A DNA stretch of 20,000 nucleotides, taken from the IMG/VR virus record IMGVR_UViG_3300042989_000017. One strand, given 5' to 3'. Both the position numbers and the translations under genes were made by a program. The DNA comes from an uncultured virus (IMG/VR IMGVR_UViG_3300042989_000017). Taxonomy: Duplodnaviria > Heunggongvirae > Uroviricota > Caudoviricetes. The notes under the pieces were generated by a model. It saw only the letters and a program-made list of their open reading frames with translations. It searched no databases and was not told the DNA's origin. Position 1 is the stretch's first letter. Every line of letters starts with the position of its first letter. Positions 16,501-20,000 of the stretch are shown here, piece by piece.

Positions 16501-16900
16501 AGCTCACGCAGCACAAGGGGGTTTCATAAAAGGAAACTCTGCTCGTCACTATGCAACAGGAGGTTCGGTTTCTGGTACGAGTGTCGGCCATGATACGGTA
16601 CCCGCGATGCTGATGCCGAACGAGTACGTGTTAAAACCCAGTGCTACCTCCGCCCTTGGTAAACCCTTCCTAGACCGCCTAAATGCCACTACTACGGGGT
16701 CATTGAAACAGTTGGAGGGTAAAGCGACTGCGCCACAAATAAGCGTGGTTCAATCACCTCCTACGAATGTCTACGTTGTGTCACCTGACCAAAAGAATCA
16801 GATGTCACCAGGGGATGTAGTTGTAACAATATCTGATGACATCAGTAGAAATGGCAGCATTAAGAAGCTAATTAAGTCCGTAATCAGTGGAGAGATATAA
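10514..16900 (+). CDS. Tail tape measure protein
   Basis: 2128 aa, helical and Ala/Lys/Gln-rich; TP901-type core (SKFSAAEV...LAQAG...AMANAGIRSGSTLGTG, ~12800-13700), hydrophobic segments (~13790-14090), C-terminal ATGGSVSG...DTVPAMLMPNEYVL motif. Confidence 0.92.
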   Translation: MSGENESKLVFDTLIGSDTLTKVLDKQLNVATLLTTELGKIKNQIAAAKAPLDKEGISLVGISSLRTTVELYHKLLEGKEAVAKMSTGLGLKGGDLTTLEGMINAMHKLVGVTEKYSQLSNKKLQLAAFDGTLTKEQFDQHKGNINALKAINKGYAQGQAHLDGESKERAKLGIKLVEEHTAALGKQNQERIVGERQTAAEQRNRTLTVARRIKEGNSSTNFIGQASPLEANQLRSKLRVESLRANLTPIERTRIEASLAATSSRIESFKAPKAAVPDLSFFNNLGKGFKEQGNAQNALTDLRAALSHAKKTGNAPERERLSAIYEEARSIVSKKFAPHSPHQERLKQSLELANKTSKLNPEQLASVSSRDVVAQHLRLSALRAKDLPEGEKKDDEHRYQRQLSLHGKELAKIDKRSSETRPHEADKESPTAYLNRARQHGANEEIAKTDLGFRTKVTEAQQAGALAVERQARKNKRDQELETLAKTQYLTLSSLQGLTHAEMVQASRILNYRKNMAVVAGQADTLNINLLDELSKQKTALKKQTREIEKAAERQRRLAADPDYAAKYHLKNQKDALVTNSLQDRMEGQRVADARLRTKADNDRIHDEARRNGTYATDASLRALTTPRQVQDARDALNYQKGLGTPAEVIHAKDMLQLLGEIHGKEKAIAGTDNLIAQLEKTHYQTKASLNGLGREELQQAIAVLSYRKSIATTEQQRAAAQGLLNTANQGYKVNPEHQAENRAGSRERILGDAGASVLTIQAGLMLNYKLLAGMQGLFSNAIGSVIELDSAFRQLQAISASTNTEMVSMKQNLILVAQASKFSAAEVGNTAVLLAQAGYSVGEISQSMKGIISLAQATGTDLGKSVDVVTSVLSVFNKGAGETAQVANQLTEALNRSKLDINKMALGIQYAGNIAADSGVSFEELTAALGAMANAGIRSGSTLGTGTRQMLLDLQKPSEKLQARLTDLGLSLDQVNSRSQGLVGVLENLKNAGFTTGDAFKTFEVRGAAAFAALSGNMEDFNQIKESLNDTTAAFDANGVQLEALAVQLDHLKSNLGILSAEALQPVAALVRDFAKATAHAMEKTEEGSGTLQKFGTVLMGLTVAVAAGWMAKLTFELFGLLGGLYKFPAAFGVARASMVLHNSGLKVLTGETLAATAATATFRSLLFSMAPLLIGIAVGVGAVVAAFSAWDSETDKLNDRLDKAKAAFNKAKENADAAKTAYDNVNEAIVHLSERYGTLEGSQAATTDEAQSLLTKFGEMGFTIDELANVKVEQLMVKLRELRGELAARYSTGITDQFSADVSKLIATKDTATVVLAKRENSPEALDQEAKGLLGQRGSGFASNKGLAALLEPDLREFLAGVATSLRGVSTPNGVSNTFNMTKAKGDYAALKLNSNAGAYALDFADKQMERFEGLFKAYEERKNFEANKTKLQTNQDTKLYLNNTLQDSRGAGKAVGEAQAAQIEYTSLAAAVDRSKAKPNEKILQKAALATKAGTAVKLQLKTLNDNKDLEEARLKEYSNNSQSDSAGAIITRRNVMGLSQQIAEVAAGNTKIDADIAAGEELKSKGKLQDLQIQKEKLSRELKVLKRESEDETGVAKQAGKYQLVENKQREIDAVENEITTLSQKKDADIALQLRMKALGQAAVLEDMKVQEQEKQKSLKSAVAKRTTDIDSDTDRGKLTDYKQAQQDWVEANNLSDELFAKAQSAARKRAELQGKKVLNAGNMFKDINKDLAKAAQDAANATGQAQEYSSYGTGIGGFFARQAANAKNGVNEGKLKQEALAREFLQLKASEDHYSALKLEETIPKAQAELAAKNIELKAIDDKLKNSNLSDADTQMQVRKDLQTRIDRIKEQLKTDQDLLKMSKEDRERRLAEIGRLTEDLAAMQDKTNVFADSFAAGRQALDAGLSAGFQDWATQTIKNIDDVEAAFKSMGISILQSMLKVVSDRTATAFTNMLLGKADGSDGGGLLGKLGAMIFRRKPDTRGVTDLSYSAHAAQGGFIKGNSARHYATGGSVSGTSVGHDTVPAMLMPNEYVLKPSATSALGKPFLDRLNATTTGSLKQLEGKATAPQISVVQSPPTNVYVVSPDQKNQMSPGDVVVTISDDISRNGSIKKLIKSVISGEI

Positions 16901-16901
16901 C

Positions 16902-17468
16902 TTAATCCGTTATCTCAACGGTATAAGCCATTAAAGCCTCGTAGACACGGATGTCTACTCGATCTTTATAAAGCTCGGCCATGCGTTTAATGTGGGCTTC
17001 TTTAGCTGTTTTGTAGACTTGGAAGGCTTCTTTGGGGGTTTTAAAACAACCCAGACGAGAGTTTTTACCTAGAGCGCTTAATCTAGCGAGATACCTGTTC
17101 CCACCCTGATGTAGCACAACACCTAATGGGCAGTCTCCTCGATACCTGAGCCTGTTTAAAAGAAGAGTATTTAAAGTTTTAGGCACAAAAACACAGGTGT
17201 CTTCAAAATAAATTCGGTAACCCTTAATCAGCAGGTTTTTATCTAGTTGATACCCAGCTAGGTTAAAGCCAATCTGTTGCTGAACCCACTTGTAAAAGAA
17301 ACTGTAGTCTTTAAAGTTTTCACTAACAGTACAGCCAACATAGGTTGGCTGTTTAACCTGAGTTTTTACAGAGTAGCATCGTCTCAACATATTTTTCCAA
17401 AGACTGTACTCCATGACTATCTTGCCGTTAACGACGGCAGGGCAACTACCGTCGTTAATACCTTGCAT
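16902..17468 (-). CDS. HNH-like homing endonuclease with C-terminal AP2-like DNA-binding domain
   Basis: 188 aa; YSLWKNMLRRCY...PTYVGCTV...LDKNLL.KG...TCVFVP..LN, then GV...YLARL...LGCFKTPKEAFQVYK. Free-standing, opposite strand. Confidence 0.8.
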   Translation of the reverse strand: MQGINDGSCPAVVNGKIVMEYSLWKNMLRRCYSVKTQVKQPTYVGCTVSENFKDYSFFYKWVQQQIGFNLAGYQLDKNLLIKGYRIYFEDTCVFVPKTLNTLLLNRLRYRGDCPLGVVLHQGGNRYLARLSALGKNSRLGCFKTPKEAFQVYKTAKEAHIKRMAELYKDRVDIRVYEALMAYTVEITD

Positions 17469-17498
17469 AATCTTTACCTTTTGCTTTCAAAAGCACGC

Positions 17499-17576
17499 GC
17501 TTAAAGAAGTTTCACGGCAACAGTTAAGCAGACTGTCATTTGGGAGCTACCCTAGCCGCGAATTTACAGTTTACCA
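17499..17576 (-). promoter_or_regulatory. Extended -10 promoter and three-way-junction RNA leader of the HNH gene
   Basis: Minus strand TGgTAAACT (17576-17568), then TTCGCGGC-TA-GGGTAGCTCCC-AAATG-ACAGT-CTGCTTA-ACTGT-T-GCCGTGAA. Confidence 0.6.
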
Positions 17577-17664
17577 AAAAACATCTTGGTTTCTCTGTAA
17601 CGCTTTCGTAAACTCGCGCCAAGAGTAAGAGGCACACAAACCAAAGGAAGTAAAGTTATTTCGT

Positions 17665-17871
17665 AAAACCCTGAAGCCCTAGAGCCATAAGGCTTTATCG
17701 ACAGGTTCTTTTGTCACCTACCTAATATACAGAAAAATAATCAAAGTCCCTTAAAGAAAAAAAAGTATAGAAATATAAATATTATAAGAAGCTCACGAAA
17801 ACCTCACATATTAAAGAGGTGACATTTTAACTCACCCTCTAACCCTTGTGGCTCTAAGGCTGCAAGGTTTT
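17665..17871. repeat. Symmetric inverted-repeat element around an AT-rich core (candidate replication origin)
   Basis: 28-bp arms 17665-17692 and 17844-17871 (24/28), inner 8-bp arms TGTCACCT 17712-17719 / AGGTGACA 17817-17824, 19-bp gaps on both sides, 97-bp AT-rich centre. Confidence 0.75.
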
Positions 17872-18098
17872 CAAATTAAACTTGATATTTCCCACTTTCT
17901 GTGAAGCGTTCATTATTTAATCAGAACTACTCAGTCACAATCGCTAAGACTGTGCTTTTCGGACAAAACCCTCAAAAATACCCTGCTTTACAAACCGTTA
18001 CCAGAAACCGATTTACAGTAAACCCAAAAACCTTCAAGCTAACCCTGTCGAAACACAAACGACGAAAACAAACACTTTCACATTTATGAGACAAGATT

Positions 18099-18782
18099 AT
18101 GAACCCTATCGACGCTGCAATTGCTCAAGCTGCTCAAGCTGCTCAAAACCTCCAAGACCAAGCTCAACAAGTTGTCGCCGTACAAACCTCCACTGCCGTT
18201 TCTACGTCTGTCGGCTCGTTCGACGATGGTGACGATACTCCGTCAGGCTTAGTTGTTGATCGTTGGATTCGTGTTTGCCCTGACGGGGTACTGTTTGACA
18301 AGACTCACACTGCTAAACAAGCCGTTGACAAGCCTTTCCGTGTAGCGATTAACACCCAACGCGAAGTCGGCTACCGTAATATGTTCTGCATCGCTTACGG
18401 CACACCCACAAAATACGGCAAAACTTACAACAACCCTAAAAAGGGTGCTGCTTTCGACGTTGATGGCCGCCCGTGGGCTACTGTTCTTGCTCAAGCTAAA
18501 GCTGAACAACCTTCCGCTTATGATTACCAAACCGCTGAAGTTGCTATGACCCTATTGGCTGATACCCCTGACCTTACCGCAGGCAAAGTGGTAGCTACCA
18601 GCTTCTCAAGCTCTCAAGCAACTAACTGGTTTAACTTCCTCAAAGAAGTGGCTGCTGCTGACTTGAAGGGTCAGGTTGTTGAAGTAGAAATTGGACACCA
18701 AATGGTTAAAAAAGGGAATTACAAACCTTGGGGTGTGTACACCTTCAAGTTGATTGGTGCTTACGCTGACCAACCAGCTTAA
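18099..18782 (+). CDS. Hypothetical replication protein, possibly single-stranded DNA-binding
   Basis: 227 aa; Ala/Gln N-terminus, aromatic-rich beta core, first gene of the replication block with its own terminator. CDS is solid; SSB function is a guess. Confidence 0.5.
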   Translation: MNPIDAAIAQAAQAAQNLQDQAQQVVAVQTSTAVSTSVGSFDDGDDTPSGLVVDRWIRVCPDGVLFDKTHTAKQAVDKPFRVAINTQREVGYRNMFCIAYGTPTKYGKTYNNPKKGAAFDVDGRPWATVLAQAKAEQPSAYDYQTAEVAMTLLADTPDLTAGKVVATSFSSSQATNWFNFLKEVAAADLKGQVVEVEIGHQMVKKGNYKPWGVYTFKLIGAYADQPA

Positions 18783-18798
18783 AACTTTCTACGTTTAT

Positions 18799-18825
18799 AA
18801 TACCCGCAGACGCGGGTATTTTTTT
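18799..18825 (+). terminator. Intrinsic terminator
   Basis: AATACCCGC-AGAC-GCGGGTATT followed by TTTTT. Confidence 0.85.
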
Positions 18826-18849
18826 AACTCGAACTCTCTTGAGGTGTTT

Positions 18850-19641
18850 ATGTTACACATCTATGATGCCAACAACCATATCCGTCGCGCCTTCGAGCGG
18901 GGTGACTCTGTAACCCAACTCATTCCCCTTGCACCGACTGAGGTTTCTATCTGGGTGTTTGATGGTGTAGGGGCTAAGAAACCACGCCTTGCTCTCTACC
19001 CAGAGTATAAGGCCAAGCGTAATGTTCAAGGCGCAATCGACAGCGGCTTCTTTGACTTCCTCCGCGCAATCGAGACAGACCTCTTAAAACACTGCAAGAA
19101 CACGTTTGTGGTGAAACAACCGTGTATGGAGGCCGATGATATTATCGCTGCCCTTGTCGATGCTTATGGAGCGTCTAATCAGATTTTGATTCACTCAAAT
19201 GATGCCGATTTCCAAGCCCTTGTTTGTGAAAACGTACAGGTTAGTGACCGAAGCAAGAAACTGTCTCACGTCGAACCCCACGACATACGGCTGTACAAAG
19301 CACTCGTCGGTGACGCTTCCGATAACATTGGCGGGATAGAGGGCTTCGGTGATAGCAAATGGCTTACGCTTACTGAGACAGATAAAGAAGCGTGGCGAAA
19401 CTTTCTGAAAGAAGAAATACCCGAATGGCTCGGCGAAAACATCTACCCACTTAACGGCCTCACTAAAAAGCCTTTAGAGTGGATGGGGGTTACAGAGAAC
19501 CAACAATTGTTACAAACCTACTGGCAGATTGTGGGGTTCTTACCTGTTAATATGCCAGAACTGAGTGACAAATACACCTCAGTTGGAGTTTACAATCCTG
19601 TAAAATTCCAAGAAACGCTCGATAAATTTATGTGGAGTTAG
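18850..19641 (+). CDS. 5'-3' exonuclease / flap endonuclease (Pol I N-terminal, T5 D15, T4 RNase H family)
   Basis: Motifs IYDANN, VFDG, YPEYKAKR, EADDIIA, SNDADF, LVGDASDNIGGIEGFG. Start moved to ATG 18850 (RBS GAGGTG), 263 aa. Confidence 0.92.
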   Translation: MLHIYDANNHIRRAFERGDSVTQLIPLAPTEVSIWVFDGVGAKKPRLALYPEYKAKRNVQGAIDSGFFDFLRAIETDLLKHCKNTFVVKQPCMEADDIIAALVDAYGASNQILIHSNDADFQALVCENVQVSDRSKKLSHVEPHDIRLYKALVGDASDNIGGIEGFGDSKWLTLTETDKEAWRNFLKEEIPEWLGENIYPLNGLTKKPLEWMGVTENQQLLQTYWQIVGFLPVNMPELSDKYTSVGVYNPVKFQETLDKFMWS

Positions 19642-19880
19642 CTATGCCCTTACGAACCTTCTGCCCTCTCAGTAGGCTTGACGCTTTCGCTGACTTTGTA
19701 ATGGGGAAAGGTTGCCCGAACCGCCACGGTAAGGGTAGCTATCAAGCCTTGCAGGTTTATGTCTCAGGCAAGTGGGAGATTCTCTACTCGAACCCCACGG
19801 AGTTCCCTAGTGTTTGTTTCACCGTGGGGGTTTCCCCTCTAAGTTTGCTTTTAGAAGGGTTTCTTAAAAACGAACACTAG
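19632..19880 (+). CDS. Hypothetical protein
   Basis: 82-aa ORF overlapping the exonuclease stop; the real start may be the ATG after GGAG (MPLRT...). Confidence 0.5.
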   Translation: MELAMPLRTFCPLSRLDAFADFVMGKGCPNRHGKGSYQALQVYVSGKWEILYSNPTEFPSVCFTVGVSPLSLLLEGFLKNEH

Positions 19881-19928
19881 GCAAAGTTTCCAAAAACAGA
19901 ACACCAACCACTCAAGTGAGTCCATACC

Positions 19929-20000
19929 ATGTTAGACCCGAACAAAATAGCGAAGACCTTAGTTGACCGCCGTAATATCAACGCGATACTTCCAAAAATC
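19929..20000 (+). CDS. N-terminus of a gene running off the window (possibly DNA polymerase by context)
   Basis: ATG 19929 with GTGAG upstream; MLDPNKIAKTLVDRRNINAILPKI is open to the window end. Confidence 0.45.
   Translation, partial: MLDPNKIAKTLVDRRNINAILPKI

Noticed and set aside
17901..18089. 62-aa ORF upstream of the putative SSB
   Set aside because: GTG start without RBS; openness is explained by the A/C-rich composition.
18754..18849. Longer N-terminus of the exonuclease
   Set aside because: Spans the upstream stop and terminator; family motifs start at MLHIYD after GAGGTG.

Overview
A 20-kb segment of a tailed dsDNA phage (long non-contractile-tail, siphovirus-type gene order; sigma70-like promoters; standard genetic code). 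The + strand carries the morphogenesis module: 3' part of a probable portal, prohead protease/scaffold, head decoration protein, major capsid, head-tail connector genes, tail tube, a G/GT tail chaperone pair and a 2128-aa tape measure protein. After an AT-rich, symmetric origin-like region a replication module begins (putative SSB, 5'-3' exonuclease). Four minus-strand islands interrupt this order: (i) a ~1-kb non-coding cassette between portal and protease with two degenerate tRNA-like genes interleaved with long-stem hairpin modules, (ii) a ribbon-helix-helix gene, (iii) an antirepressor gene with an attenuator-like leader, (iv) an HNH-AP2 endonuclease with a three-way-junction leader. The non-coding cassette is the best candidate for an undescribed system. 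All product calls come from motif recognition and synteny by eye; no searches or folding programs were run.
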